From: Eledone cirrhosa | Taxonomy: Eukaryota | NCBI GenBank assembly: GCA_964016885.1 | Contig: OZ024740.1 | Span: 190,712,001 to 190,776,000, forward strand | Reading direction: 5' to 3' | Length of the DNA stretch: 64,000 nt | Shown here: one piece after another, positions 26,960 through 42,011 of the stretch | Numbering within the stretch: the first letter of the stretch is position 1 | Layout: every line of letters starts with the position of its first letter | The notes under the pieces: generated by a model | The model's input: the letters and a program-made list of their open reading frames with translations, nothing else | What the model was told of the DNA's origin: nothing | Database searches by the model: none | Position numbers and translations under genes: made by a program

Positions 26960-27460
26960 TTGTTTTATAGAAAATGGATATGACCACGTTCCTCGGTATA
27001 TGCTCTAGGGTGTTATAGGAGTACGGGATCGATGCTAAGCTACCTGCTATCCTGATCTCTCTATTCGAATTCCGGATAAATGGTGTTAATTCCTGATAAA
27101 TGGTGCTAATTGGAAACCATTGAATGTGGTTTCCGGACTCCGATATGGGATTGTACTGTCTCCTATCCTTTTCGATATTTTCCAGAACACGATGACATGA
27201 AACACGAGGTTGAAAGCACTGTCATAACTGACGTGTGTAAAATCAGTCGGTTAGAATGTTCAGACATCAGGATTTTACTTACCTTTAAATAATTTGATCT
27301 CCGTCTTGCATTTGATTAGTTTGATCACGAGGGTATCATGGCTGGAATGAAATTAGTCCTGCGAAACCTGTGAAACTAATCCTCTCAAAGAAGCCCGGGC
27401 AGTGCATTCTACATATGAATGGAGCTCCACTGAAATAGGTGGAGATGTTCAAGGGGAAAT
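26960..27460 (+). mobile_element. Degraded RTE-like LINE RT fragment
   Basis: Interrupted translation YDHVPR..EYGID..RING..KPLNVVSGLRYGIVLSPILF resembles RT subdomains 3-4. Confidence 0.55.
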
Positions 27461-29273
27461 CACAAAATATAAAATGCCCGACATTCAAGGAATATTTGAT
27501 GCAATAACTATAATTTCGCTTCATATAGGTTATATATTAATTATAGTGTCGTACACATAATTCCAAATACCCTGTGCAGAATAGTTGATTATTATAGATG
27601 TAGTAGATAACAGATTGATACATTAGTTCATAGTATTATCATTATATTTCGCAGTAGTTTTGATTTATTAATAGAGTGATAAACTGGCCTGTGCATTTAT
27701 ATATTACAGAAACCCATTAGTGATAACATTTGACAATGCACACAATATTATATTGAGAACATTACCGTTTACATTGTCATTTCCTTTCAAACAGTCAGGG
27801 ATTTACATGTTCCTTGATATTTTCCGGTTAATATCTCTAGTTAAGTATTGCTTTCCTCTGTATCTCCTTTGTTTACAACCTTGAGTTATCTGATGTAATT
27901 TATTTATAATGTGAAACAAATCCTACTGGCCACATGTATCTCTTAAGTAATGATGATTATAGACACCAATGTATAAGTATATGCTCCCTGGACATAGTTT
28001 GCTAACATTAATTGTTAAAATATATAGTCTTGCATTATTGAGCCTAGTACTTGCTACACATATACGCATACTTATGTTGGTGGCTGGTGTAGCACTGTGT
28101 GGAGCAATAAGTTAGTGTTTGTGGAATCATTGGACACGCAATTATTACACTAAATAAATAAATATTTCCGTTACTAGAGAACCAGGGGCTGACCTGATGT
28201 AGAGTGTCTGTGAGTGTGCATGTGTGTGTGTAAGGGTGTGTGTAAATATTTGTGATGTAAGACAAAATAATACGATAAAATACATTTAGTATACGGCTCA
28301 AATAGATATTTTATATTTCCATAGAATATACAATGTATGTAACGTATTTTAGCATATTTTAATAAAACAAAACTAATAGCACTATCCTATTATCAGTCAA
28401 CAGTATTTCCCCTATATCATTTTTATTTTTTAATTGGGCGCTTATGCAATTAATGCGTAAAACAATAACCTAGTTTTAATAAATTATATGAAATCCTTCT
28501 TTAAAACATGCATCTTAAAATCACCATCTATTCGACTATAGTCATCCATTAATTTTCGGAACTATTAAATAAATTAAAACCGCCAGCATTTATATTTAAT
28601 AGGATTGGATATGATAAAAGCCAACTCAAAAGTTACACATGATACAATGGTAAATCATTCGTTGTCATGGGTTCCTGTTAATTTCGCTGACTCAGTTAAT
28701 TTCACTGACTCTGATAGGGTTTAGTAATATACATAAATCAATTAAACCTTTTCTATAATGCAGGTGACTTTGATATAAAGATAAACAATCAAAATTGTGT
28801 ATCGCAATTCCCATGTAAAAGAAAAATGTTCAGTCGAACGATGTGGAAAATAATGATGTAATCCTTAGGCACACTTCTAAACCGAATTTCATAAGCATAT
28901 CGAAAAACGATAAAAGCTTTTGTGATATTAAATGTAAGGAAAAACGATGTCACTCCCCACCGATAAAAAAAACAAAAACATATTTCATTTAAATAATCCT
29001 AAATAATATTTTCTGAGAAAATCAATTGAAGTGTCTGCATGCACCATGATGTTTTCATAATATTGAGTCATGAATTTTGAAACATATACATGAGGCAATA
29101 TTATAAGAACGGAAATGTGATTAAGTGACATTAACGTATTGAAGCAAAGCTAGAAATTCTTAGAAAAAACACAGTAGACGGGATGCATATTGGGATTAGG
29201 TAGAAACTCCTTTTATACATTTAAGTATTTCATTTTATGTGGAAAAGACCCACACTGACAAATATGTTTTTGT

Positions 29274-29316
<43 letters not shown>

Positions 29317-30513
29317 TCTTTTATTTATCTTTTGTCCTACAGATTTCATTCTTTGACGTTCTGTCACTGTCGGGAGCCAACTTCCATGGATTTATTTGAT
29401 CACATCGACCACAATATTCGTTCATAAATCTCTCTTTGTTGATCTGTTAAATGATATTAATAAACAACAGCTTTACATGTGAAATCAAATGGAAGAGTAA
29501 TAAAAACTACATATGCAAACTCATACACCTAACTATGCGATGGACTTCCTCAATGCTTCCATCAAATTTCATATAAAGATCAATGGTCATCTCGCGGCTG
29601 TACTTTAATTTCGCTTGACATAGCTGCCACGGGAGACCTAACCAGAAAACACTTATATGCCAAAATAAACAACACATTCTCTGCCGCTTTTCTGGGCTTT
29701 TCCGTGTCCAATATGTTAAGATGGGACATTTGATAATACTTAAGATTGCAATATCAGTTTTTTTCAAATGCAGGCAATTCACTCTACCATTATTAAATAC
29801 CAGAAAATGAATAGAACATTTAGCTTCTGCCTTTTGAACTCACTTTCGTAAGACTAAGCCAATGCTGAACAACCCTGAATTTGTGAATAGAGTATGTTTC
29901 CTCGCCGATGAAATATGAGTAATTAATTCTCCTTTTAAAATTTCGTGCAAGGAATTTGAGCAGAGTGTTCTCCAATTTCTACTTGCTGACAATTAGGTAT
30001 TAAGAATGAAAATATGTAAAATTATAACGCTTGAGTTTTGATATTACGTATAACGGAAAACTATACAATATCTGTTATTGAAAACAATAGAATCATAAAT
30101 CTTATATTGTGAATGAGAACTGAAAATAAGCCTGTGGAGATATTTATCAATGGAGCGTATTTAGTTTTCTGCTATATACATCTCACTCCGATCACGTTTA
30201 CAGCACATATAATCAGTATGTACAATAACAGGGTAGTTGAAATATCAATACAAGCGTCAATATCGTTACCTGGATTATTATCCTGTGGTGCTTCTTCCTT
30301 CTACTAAGCTTCTATTTATTTTCTATTTACAATTTATTTTCTAGGTTACTTCGACATTCCAAATTACACAGATATGATATTTGTAACTATATCATTTTAA
30401 AAAATTGGAATAAGTCTGGCGGTACACGCTCTTTTCAGAAGCCTTCCACATAGTGTATGCATACACATAGATGCACAAACATACATACGCACACACTCAT
30501 ATGCATATATACT

Positions 30514-30557
<44 letters not shown>

Positions 30558-31470
30558 TGTGTGTGAGCAAAAATAGATTTTTATCTGCATTGAAATTTAC
30601 GAACTTGTGCATCTGCTGTGGTGTCAAACACAAACGCACGCGACCGCACATATGAGCAATGGACTATGCCACGTGGGTTGAACTTGCAAGTGAATTGAAG
30701 GATGTGTAACTCTGATATACAGATTATTTATTATTAAGATGTATAAAATTGACATAACTATTATCATCTTATATTCTCTCAACTAATCACATTTGATTAT
30801 ATTTCTCTATCCCGTTTTCTCACCCCATATTCATAATATTTTTACTTGACAAAATCGGTTTTTTTACATTGTGTTTTTCCCTTCTAATACTTGCTTATAT
30901 TTTTTCATATATTCTCTATATATTTTTTATATATATATTTTTTTTATCTTTATTCTTATTTTCACTCTTATCCTCCTTTATATTTTACCTTATTCTTACT
31001 TTTATACCTTATTATAGTGTAATCTTCCCCTTGCCTTATACATTATTAATTATAGATTATTATTATTAATCTTATTTCATTTCTAATTACCTCATGTACT
31101 TTATCCTCCGTTATATATATATTGTATGCCCTTTGTGTGTGTGTAGCCTCTGCAACCCTCTGCACCCTACTATCGACGCCACCCCATCTATGGCTCCACT
31201 AACCACTCGACTCCCGGGAATAAATATGACCACAGCTAGTAAACAACGACCCACACCCCACCCTCCCGCACCAAAATTAGACTTATCGTCCCCTGCTTTT
31301 GCTCTTTACTCTCTTTACTCTTTGTTCTTGAATGTTTGGTTGGTAGAGTCCATAACACCAATCAAACCACGTTTATAACTCTGAACAACTATACGGTTAC
31401 GTAAGGAAGAAACATTGTAAGCCAATAAAAATATTTTGATGTTGTAGACGCTTTTGTGTTCTTTATCATT

Positions 31471-31521
<51 letters not shown>

Positions 31522-31630
31522 GTAGAACACTGAGGATCCGCAAAGGGGAAACAATTATTCTCGGTACGGTGAACTAACTGCTATGTAACCACTTGTACAT
31601 ATATACACACACAGACACACACATATATAT

Positions 31631-31830
31631 GTTAAAATAACAGGTTAAAGTTTAAGCAAAGGATCGCTGCTTTTACCCTTAACGTTAAGGGTGAAAGCAC
31701 CGATTCTATGCTTACAATTTAATCTGTTATTTTAATAAATATTTGCTCTCCGGTTCTTATATATATGATATATATTTATCCTTATCAATCCCTCTTTGGA
31801 TTTTAGTCTTCAACTTTATTATTATTACTA
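31631..31830. mobile_element. Fold-back copy of the 8856/15609 family
   Basis: Palindrome centred on CCCTTAACGTTAAGGG; homologous to 8856-9018. Confidence 0.75.
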
Positions 31831-31869
31831 TGTATATATATATATACATATATATATATGAATATAAGT

Positions 31870-32390
31870 ATTTATACGTACATACACATATGCATACAGA
31901 CGTACAGTAGTATGTATATATATACATACATACACACTTATATATATATATATGTACGTATGGATTCACCGAACATTTATTATAATACTCGGTGTGTTTG
32001 TAAACAAACATCCCGAATTAAGCCGTACAGTGTCTAGCAACGATTGTTGCCCATTTGTTCAACACTGACAAAGGAGCGCTGTACTAATTTCTAGATTATT
32101 AGCTATCGCCAGCAACGTATACATTCCTGCCAGATGACTGAACGTCTTAAAGTATATACTTTCATTATGCATATTAACGGCTGAGCAGCCTAATTTGCAT
32201 ACCGAGTGAGTTAATCGGCCGGGCGCGCCGAAAACAATAAACGGAAAAAATGAAACGACATTTCATTTCTCACTCTTAGTACGGCTGTTACTTAAATATA
32301 AGTATGTATACGTACATACATATATGTATACAGACGTATAAATAACAGTGGTACTAAGAGTGAGAAATGAACTTTCGTTTCATTTTGTCC
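31870..32390 (-). mobile_element. Diverged copy of the 54.4-56.2 kb hammerhead-bearing family
   Basis: Reverse-complement homology (GTTCAACACTGAC, GCAGCCTAATTTGCATA, CATTTCTCACTCTTAGTAC); hammerhead remnant ~32076-32120 degenerate; short inverted arm ~32350-32390. Confidence 0.75.
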
Positions 32391-34589
32391 ATATGCATAT
32401 ATATATATATATAGTCAGAGAGAGGGAGAGGAGAGAGAGAGAAGAAATGAGAGAGAGAGGGTGTGGTAGAAAAACGGGAAAGGTGGCATAATTAGCCCCA
32501 ATCTACTACTTCGTGTTAAGCCGCCTGTAAATGGTAAGCAGACCTTCAAGGAAAATGAAAAGCGCTAGGTCTCAGAATATGGTGTCGCTGGACATATTAC
32601 GCTAGAGCAGGAATGTTGTCATAGTCAGGGCTGGTTTATTGGCTCATTGCAACATAGAATGAGGTTTTAGCGGCAAACGTTAATGCTGGTATAGCGGATG
32701 GTGTAATAGTGGTTGGACACCAACGGTGAAAGAATGTTGTCGATATATTTATGTATGAACTAATTGTGAACGCTCAGGTAAATTGAAGAGGTGTCTTGTT
32801 CATTATCAAGCTTCCAGTAAAGAGCCCACACTCCTATGTTAGCATGTTCTTGATAGCCTTTGCAATATTTGGTAGACATGGCTCATGATAAAATAGTATT
32901 AGATGATGTGGGTAGCGTGGCTTGCAGGTATATGGACATATATTTGGCCCCAAATATCTTGATGTCCGTTAGCGCCCAGAAATTCTTGGAAAGGTATGAT
33001 ATGAAAGACGCCCAGATGATGAAGATGCTGGGCTTAAGAAGGATTCGATTAGGTTTAACAATAGCATGTGGATTAAAGAGCCTGAACTAGTATAATCATT
33101 ACGTTCGTATATATGCAACAGGTATTGTACATTTATATAGCTTTTTGAAATATCGAATATGTACAACTAAGTTTGTCAGAATGTGGTACACGTTGCGGAT
33201 TATTCTACTGTTCCCACTCTTGTTCTTTCTCAATTTGGTTCACCTGCTTATTTTCAAGCAACATTAAGTAGTGAAAAACCAATTAAATTTACCAATTACG
33301 TTCAAAATATCAATGCAGAAATTTCGATGAGCCATCAATGTGGAATTCTACAATCATTTATTTTCCAGAGAAATATATTCCATTATAGATCTTGTTGCGT
33401 ATATTATCTCATATTATAGCTGCAAAAGCAACGTTTCATGGTCTGCAAAACTCGTTCAAAAATGTCTGCCCAGGTTAGTTAATATTTTAAAGAAGTTTCT
33501 TCGTGAATTTCAATATTTTAATAATTGTATAGATTAATTATAAAACCACAATTGTTTTATAATTCTGCATATTTAATAAATCCTAATGATATTGGGATAT
33601 ATTACAAATAAATGATATTATTACTAACAAATTACTGGTAGGCACTGGTTGTAACACATTGGCATTTCTTTGGTTCTGTACGTAGGCGTCGTTGTGGTAG
33701 TGTGATTGATGAATATTTATATTCTTTAGAGATAATGGGATGATATAATATGTCAGTGGCCCCCTATTTATACAAGATGTTTTGAGTTATTTGAATGTTA
33801 TATTTGTCATGCCACGTTACATTTGGGGAGCTTCCTGAAACAGAAAAATGAACCCGTATTTGATCATTCATGTGTTGGAAGCATGAATAGACATATCTTT
33901 ATTAAAATATTTCGTTTATTCCAAAGCAGTACCGATTTAAATGATACGCCAATGATTAAAATAGAGTGGAATATTGACTAATAGATCTGCAATGTTTAAA
34001 TTGGGTGACTAGTAAAAAGAAAACCATTATAGCAATCAAACATTACATAAAACATGTAATTTGTTAAAACATGTTCACAAAAAAGTTTTAAAATATATGT
34101 TTCCTCAGCTCAACATCAAAAAAAATTATTATAGATTATTAATAACTTCGAACTTGCAATAAACATTTAAACTATGTTTTGTAGTTGTGGGAACAAAAAT
34201 AACAAAGAAAAAATGTACCACCTTTCTCAGCCGTTCCAAAATGTCATGCACGTGATAGAGGCGTCGATCATATACGAGAACGTAGCAAGGAATTATTTCA
34301 GCATCAATCGCATTTCATTTCAAATTGGATTGAACGGTTCTTATAAAAAAAACTATTGCACGAAACCGAGAAAAAAAGAGCATAATGTAAGATATGGGTA
34401 ATTGTGGGCTGACTTTTTCTATTCTAGTAAACCAACATATATTGCTCTTGAAAAGCATCAATTTTGCATGTGTGTGTTAAATATTTCAACACAATTTCGT
34501 GACATCATTAAATGAGGCATCCTTTTATAACAGGTATTGCTGAAATGTAGTAACAATGCATTAAACATGTCTGTAGGCATTTTAGAATT

Positions 34590-34803
34590 AGTATTGGTTT
34601 AGCATTTGGGGACAATGCCAATTACATTGCGGAAGGGAAGAGTCGATTAAATCGACCCCTGTGCATTACTTGTACCTTATTTTACCGATCCTGTAAGGAT
34701 GAAAGGCAAAGCTAGACTCGGCATAATTTGAATTCAGAAATTAAAGTGCCTAAACTATATGCCATATTGTCAGATGACCCAGCGTTACTGCCAATTCACC
34801 GCC
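34590..34803 (-). mobile_element. Diverged SINE copy
   Basis: AAGGATGAAAGGCAAAG..CTCGGC..ATTTGAA..ACTGCCAATTCACCGCC. Confidence 0.7.
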
Positions 34804-34917
34804 CTAATTTAAAAAAAAATGTTTGTTATGGCAACATACAGAGAATCAGGTTTTGGTTGCGTGAATAATTCCATCTCTATATAAATATTAGTTTCAACAC
34901 TGATTTATATAGAAATA

Positions 34918-35100
34918 AAATTGTTTCTTCTTTTGGAACAAGGTCAGCAATTACCCAAGTGCATTGCTGGTGATTTATTTTATCGACCCCTTAGGGGCAA
35001 AGTTAGCACCGGTGGGATTTGAACTCAGCGCGTACAGGGCCATAACTCTCTGTTGCAAAGCATGGTGGGTCTGACCCTCTACCGATACTGTCACTCCTAC
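34918..35100 (-). mobile_element. SINE copy
   Basis: TTTATTTTATCGACCCC..GGGATTTGAACTCAG..CCCTCTACCGATACTG. Confidence 0.75.
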
Positions 35101-35699
35101 GCCACACACACACATATACACACAAACACACACACGCGCACAAACACACACACACAGACACGCACACAAATATATACGATTTCTCGAAGTTTTGCAACAA
35201 AGTGAGTATTCGGTCGGATTTTCTACGTACTGTGCGAACATTCTACTGTTCGTCAGCTAACTTGAACCCGACATCGCTTTCCCACACATTTAGCATAGCT
35301 TTTGCTGGGAAGAATTAACAAAAAGGTGTTTCGCCTTAAATTACAGCGAACTCTCTTGGTAATGTATATGTGAATTTAGATTATCATTCCAAGTACTATT
35401 GTGTTCGAGTCGTTCCTGAAATTCAGGAAACTGATCTACACGAATCAACTAGATTATAACTTTATTCAAGGCTTTTCACATCACGGGCCAAATTCCATCA
35501 TTCCCAGAGGCTTGGGAACATTTGAGCTCTTTACTTGACGTGTAGAACGCAACCAACGGGAGTTTAGTTGTCGGATTTAGGATATTAATAAATAATTTTC
35601 TTCAACATACTCGGATGTACATATTTTGAGTGAAAAGAATCCGTGACGAGTTCCTATTAGGAAGAAGTGCATAAAAACCTCTTAATGAGAAGACATGTG

Positions 35700-36700
35700 A
35701 AAGGATTGTATTGGCTAATATAAATTTGCATTCCATATTAAATCTAAAGTAATCCGATAGGGTACTTAGATATCTGTAATTTCTATGCTGTGAGGTTACG
35801 TGCCATATAGTACAGCATGAAAGAAGAAAGCCACCTTTACAAATAAAGCTTCTCAAATATCCAATGTCGCTTGAATGCCAAATGTAACTTTTTAATGTAA
35901 CCAGGTGATCATCCTTCCTCCAAACGCCACATCCAGCCGCTTTCCCACACCCTATTTAACAGATTTAGAAAAACAAAGGCTGAGCTGATCTTTCTCTACT
36001 GTGTTATAATGATGTCTAAAATTGACAGCAGTAGTATCTGCATACAAGATCCTTAAATCTTATGAGCTATCGCTTCCCACTTCATTCTGTATGTTGAACT
36101 GGGCATGCGTGTTTTGTGGGTTGTCTTGGGTTACGCTAATTTAGCGTTGTACATAACAAGGTGGTTATTAGTTGTCAACTTATCTCCTTTCTCATCGGGG
36201 ACACCTAGCAAATAATCGATGTGATCTGAGAAAATATAAAATGAACTACTGACCTCAATGTTTAGTTCCCCTTATTTTATAAATGGCTATCATAACCACG
36301 CTGTTCATATTTAATTGGGGTCACACTTTCCACCAATCACTCGATAATTGTCATTAAGTACATGGACATCTTGCATTATGATATATGATTGGACCCTAAG
36401 AGTATTTAGCGTTGCGCGACTTCATGTAAGACGGATCTGCATCCGAACTATCTGTTTGCTGCAATAAAGTTTACCATTCACCGAAGCCCAACTTTCAGTC
36501 TAAACCTCAAAAGACAAATACGCCCTCCCAATTGAATCCATTCATAACATATCCCGATTGTACAGTCCTCCTCTCATCCTGTATCTGGGTATTTCAATTT
36601 CCATCCTCCATTCAAAATTACGATAAAGGATAACGAAACTTTGTTTAGAAAACACTGAGAATATCTCACTTGAAACATCTACCATTTTCTGTTAATCCTT
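35700..36700 (-). mobile_element. Highly degraded LINE RT remnant
   Basis: Minus-strand GVP (~36200) and ILYADT (~36040) in the expected RT order; no open frame. Confidence 0.3.
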
Positions 36701-37819
36701 GCACCTTACATGGAAGTGTTGCAACGTCTCTGTCTCAATTTGGTAACGTTTAATCTGCTTGGAGCCCTTTTTGGTACTACGGGAAACATAACATTTGAAC
36801 GGCCATCTCACGTATCTCAGAATATTTGTGTAGCGTCACACGTAAAAATCGATTTGCTATAAGTAACACAAGATTCTACGAAATTCTTATGGATATTATT
36901 AAATCGTACAGGAGGATAGGGTAGTCTTGCTTGGGGCGAATTTCCGATAGTATCAGCCCACTACTATGTTAAACTTTATGAAATTCATCTGGCAACTTTG
37001 CAAAAAACGTGTGTAGGCAAATATTGGTGCTGTTTATCTTACTGACAGTATATTGAGAAAAATGCTACAGTTTTCTGTCAATCTGTACATCGTGATAAAT
37101 GACGTAATACCTTTAACACCGCAATATTCAATTAAGAAATGTTTGAATGTTATGTCAAGCATGACCTATGATCCCCAAAATAAATGTGATCACTTCGAAC
37201 CACCAGGATATAATTCAATCAGGAACCAAGGTTTAAACATATTTTAACAACTATTATAGCAATATATTAAATGAGAGCTATATACATAATTACGGTAGGA
37301 TATATAAATATATTTTTTGTGTGTGCAATACGTGATACATTACATTTTCATATATTTAATTCATAGATAATATTAATTACCAAGCATTGTAATTATTCAT
37401 AACGTGAAACATATCATATACCAATGAGAAATATGAACAAGGAATGTCGTTCGAACAGAGTGATTAATATCTTTGAATTTATGTTCTGGAGTAAACCGGT
37501 TTTTTCTCGTATTAATAGATAATCCAAATAAATTTCAAGTCAGAATATACTGAATTTAATTAGGTTTCCTCTCCAACATTATTTTCACCCAACGTCAGTC
37601 GACAAAACTTAAATTATTCAACAATACCATCAAGGCCACCACCAGTACTGCCAGCAACAATATAACTGCCATCCAAACCACCATCCCTACATCCATCAAC
37701 ACCCCATCTCTAGCATCATCACCACCTCTGGAGACAGAAAAATGACCACAAACAACGATCATAACCTGCATGAACATTGGCAGCATCACCACGATAACCC
37801 TTCTTTTTCTCATCCTCCA

Positions 37820-37915
37820 ATATCTACATCCTCATCATCACCGTAATCATAATCATTTTCATCATCAACAAACTCATCATCACCATCATCATCATCTTCA
37901 TCATCATCATTAGCA
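37820..37915. repeat. (CAT)n low-complexity microsatellite
   Basis: Read directly. Confidence 0.85.
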
Positions 37916-38555
37916 TGAGCAGCAGCAGTAACACCAGCACAAACATAATATATTTTAAACAATACAAATTACCTAAATTCATATTTGTATTTTAAAATGC
38001 CTAAACTGTATTCTTGAAAACATAAATTGCAAAAAGATATAACAACACCGCTACAAAATCGTGTGTTGTCATTTAATCAATTTAGAGATTTATGTACCTA
38101 CGAACTGTAAAATAAGCATTTTCATTTCTTTCTGTAACGTTGTATATTTGTTTATTTAATTTTTTCACGTAGAAACACATCAATAAATCTTGGAGAGTTT
38201 GCATGAAATTAAAATTGAATCAGGCAACAGGTTTACACTTTCAACATAATTTTGGTTTTTGTTACGATTTACAACTAAGCTACAAATATATGGTGCTTAA
38301 ATAATAACCGTCAATCCTCAGTGAACAAAATATCTCTATATATACATAGGGACGCAACCACGCATATATATGTATGGGGGTATGTAATGTGTTATGTTTG
38401 TACACGTCGAATAAAAGAAGCATATTTAACAAGCAGGATATTATGATATACCGATATACACACAAAAACACACCCATACGTAGTATACACATATATAGCA
38501 AGTTTTGACACTCGCTTACTTGTGAAAGTTTCTCCTAATATCTTTACACACGCAC

Positions 38556-38621
<66 letters not shown>

Positions 38622-40796
38622 ATGTGCGTGTGTGTGTGTACAATGCTATTAAGTTACTATATATTTATACAGACATTTTAATCTATAGATTCAATATACA
38701 TTTATTTGATTAATGAGGAGGCACATAAATGAGAAAACCATATGTAGTTATATTTATAAACTTGTCAAATTGCAAAACAACATAATTTAAATCATTTTAA
38801 CTCACCACAGATATACAAGAAAAATAATCAAATGTGTCTATGTTAGCTGAAATTCTGTCTGAATATATATACTGTGCTTTTATTTATGTGCTCAACATCA
38901 TAGTTTTAATACGAAATCAAGAAAATATAATACGCGAATCGTGTTTACATTTCGAATGTGTACACGAAAGCTTCATTCACAGCTTCAACGGATTAAATCG
39001 GAACAAGCATTTGCTCCTAGCCATACATTCATGTTATGCTTCACAGATTGTACAGTCTATATTTCATTCTAGAACTTAAATATTCTAAGTGGCAAATATT
39101 AGGTTGCAGTAAAGACATTTACAATTGTTTATTAAATCTAATTCTAATGTTTACAGACTAAAACCATATAAGTCGTGTGGAATGCACGCATTCTTCTTTT
39201 ATAAGCTTATGTATGTATGTAAGTATGTAATCTGTAATACAGGAATTGTGAATAAAATTACATGAAAATGAGATGTTTTCAAAGATTATATAAAATGTAA
39301 ATTCGGCATAATTCCAACAACTATGTAATGCGTATGCAATTGCTATTATAGCGTCATACGCGATTAGACATATTTTCACTATTGTACCTTTGTTGAAGTA
39401 GGTATATCATTCGAATGAAGAAAGGAGAGTCCTTGATATATTTCTCTGAATATGAAAACTGAAAACTAACAAGCTTAGTTAATTTTTTGAATAATGGCAT
39501 TCTCAAATCGAATGGCTATAATATAGTTGCTTCGTGACTGTAATATAAGCCCAGGGCGTGTTCGCTTTCAAACCAACTCCATCTATACTAAGGAATGTAA
39601 TATTTCTGGGTATAAAAAGAAGAATTGTCGACAATGAGAGTTTAATAAATGCATATTTCGATATTTGCATATCAGCAGTATCAACCATTTACCACAACAT
39701 TCTCTCAAGGATTTAAACATTTTAATGCGCTCTCCTTGATTCTATGATCTCGTAGATTGGTAATGGCTGAGATTCTACAAAATGTAAGGTTTGGCATATG
39801 GTGGAAATATCGCAATAAAGATGTTTTGTATAAAGATTTGAGAGACTAATCTAATTAGTTTCAAATTAAAATTTCACTGAGACCTATATTTATATTGAAA
39901 ATAATAAATATATTACGTATCAGTTGGATGAGTATATGATACCTGATATAAGACACACAAAAATGTTAACCTGATATTGGACATCAGCATTTATTTATTA
40001 TTTAATCAATTTAAAATTCCGTATAGAGCTAGTAAACCAGGGTAGACTCGAGAATTATCGAGTAATTCTTACAGTTGATAATCAAACATAGCTAGTTAGA
40101 GAACAATAATATGAAATCACTAAAAAAACGGAAAACACTTAAATAACAAAACGATGTGCACTGTCGGATTACATTTATACCTCAAACCCCGGTGAGTTAC
40201 ATATATTTTCTGCAACATAAAAGAAACCATATATTTGAATAGATTTGCATATGCCTACATGTTACATGTGACAGGAAATAACTAATCCTAGTTGTCTTCA
40301 TAAACATTTGAATCTTACACGATTTCTATATCTCCAGAATTCAAGAATTTCAATTGGGCTCTCAATTGAGAAACTACCAATACTTCAAGGGATTATACTA
40401 AATCGAATCAGTGGACCTTACCACTGTTGCTGGGACAAACCCACCCTGTTTGACCTAAACCACATTCTCTTTGACCTCAACCACGTTCTGTTTGGATTTG
40501 AAAATGCCAGATGTATACCCTTAGTCACTACGCTTGTACATTCAGGGTTGGTGGCGCTATTTAACCCATATTTAACCTGTAGTTGGGTAGATGGTCGTTG
40601 ACTGATAAATTAATCCACCCTATGAATGGATCATGTTTTTGTGCTGCTGAGGTTCCACTTACCCTCCTCGCTACATCAGCGTGTGATGGAAAAGCCGGTT
40701 TATTGTCAGACTACTCAAACATGAATCAACTAGATTACATGGTACGACTAGCACGTAGAAGCCTAACATAACCAAAGGGTTTATATATATATATAT

Positions 40797-41934
40797 AAAG
40801 AATTAGTATATCTAGTAACATATATATACACAGATGCATACTTATGCTAGCAAATATATAGGTTTTGTCTTAGTAACTTTGTGGTTCAATGCATGGGGAT
40901 GCAGAACAATAATATGAGAGACGTAAAATAAGAAAATTATAAAATTAACTTACTTACTAAAATTTCACCCCAACTAATTAGTTTCTGAAAGGGAATAAAC
41001 ATAGTTTCCGAAGAAACGTACGCAGAAGCCCTTCGTCATCAGGGAAGTCTATTCTCAGTTAAGTTTCTAGGCAATACGTGGACACAGGGAACTTATACAA
41101 ACATAATTCAGTGGATGGAAAAAAGCAAAGCGTGGACTAAATTCCAAGCCATTGAAAAAATCACTGCCTACTGCGTCGGTGGCAAATTCAAAAGAATCAG
41201 TCACGTGATTTCGAGGTCAATCAGTGAAGAGTGGTGTGTTAAGAAGACAGCGGCCGGACCGTTACTATAGTAGCAGTTTTGGCCAATTTTTGCTCGACAA
41301 AATAAATTTGGAGATAATTATAAAGAATTAGTATATCTAGTAACATATATATATATACACAGATGCATACTTATGCTAGCAAATATATAGGTTTTGTCTT
41401 AGTAACTTTGTGGTTCAATGCATGGGGATGCAGAACAATAATATGAGAGACGTAAAATAAGAAAATTATAAAATTAACTTACTTGAACCACAAAGTTACT
41501 AAGACAAAACCTATATATTTGCTAGCATAAGTATGCATCTGTGTATATATATGTTACTAGATATACTAATTCTTTATAATTATCTCCAAATCTATTTTGT
41601 CGAGCAGAAATTGGCCAAAACTGCTACTATAGTAACGGTCCGGCCTCGATGTCACGTGACTGATTCTTTTGAATTTGCCACCGACGCAGCAGGCAGTGAT
41701 TTTTTCAATGGCTTGGAATTTAGTCCACGCTTTACTTTTTTCCATCCACTGAATTATTTTTGTATAAGTTCCCTGTGTCCACGTATTGCCTGGAAACTTA
41801 ACTGAGAATAGACTTCCCTGATAATGAAGGGCTTCTCCGTTTCTTCGGAAACTATGTTTATTCCCTTTCAGAAAGTAATTAGTTGGAGGGGAATTTTAGT
41901 AAGTAAGTTAATTTTATAATTTTCTTATTTTACG

Positions 41935-41942
<8 letters not shown>
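40797..41942 (-). mobile_element. ~525-bp non-coding unit: 1.3 direct copies plus ~460-bp inverted copy; hammerhead-bearing
   Basis: AAAGAATTAGTATATCTAG at 40797 and 41322; 41484-41942 is inverted; (TA)n flanks. Confidence 0.85.
40967..41047 (-). ncRNA. Hammerhead ribozyme with extended stem III and GUU site
   Basis: CTTCC-CTGATGA-CGAAG(17 nt)CTTCG-GAAA-CTA(~25 nt)TAG-TT-GGGG. The inverted copy 41813-41889 has stem I CTTCC/GGAGG but core CTGATAA. Confidence 0.6.

Positions 41943-42011
<69 letters not shown>

Noticed and set aside
32460-33090. Possible old LINE fragment or host exon (ORF 32860-33090)
   Set aside because: Only faint similarity to a LINE post-RT region on the minus strand; not enough to call either way.
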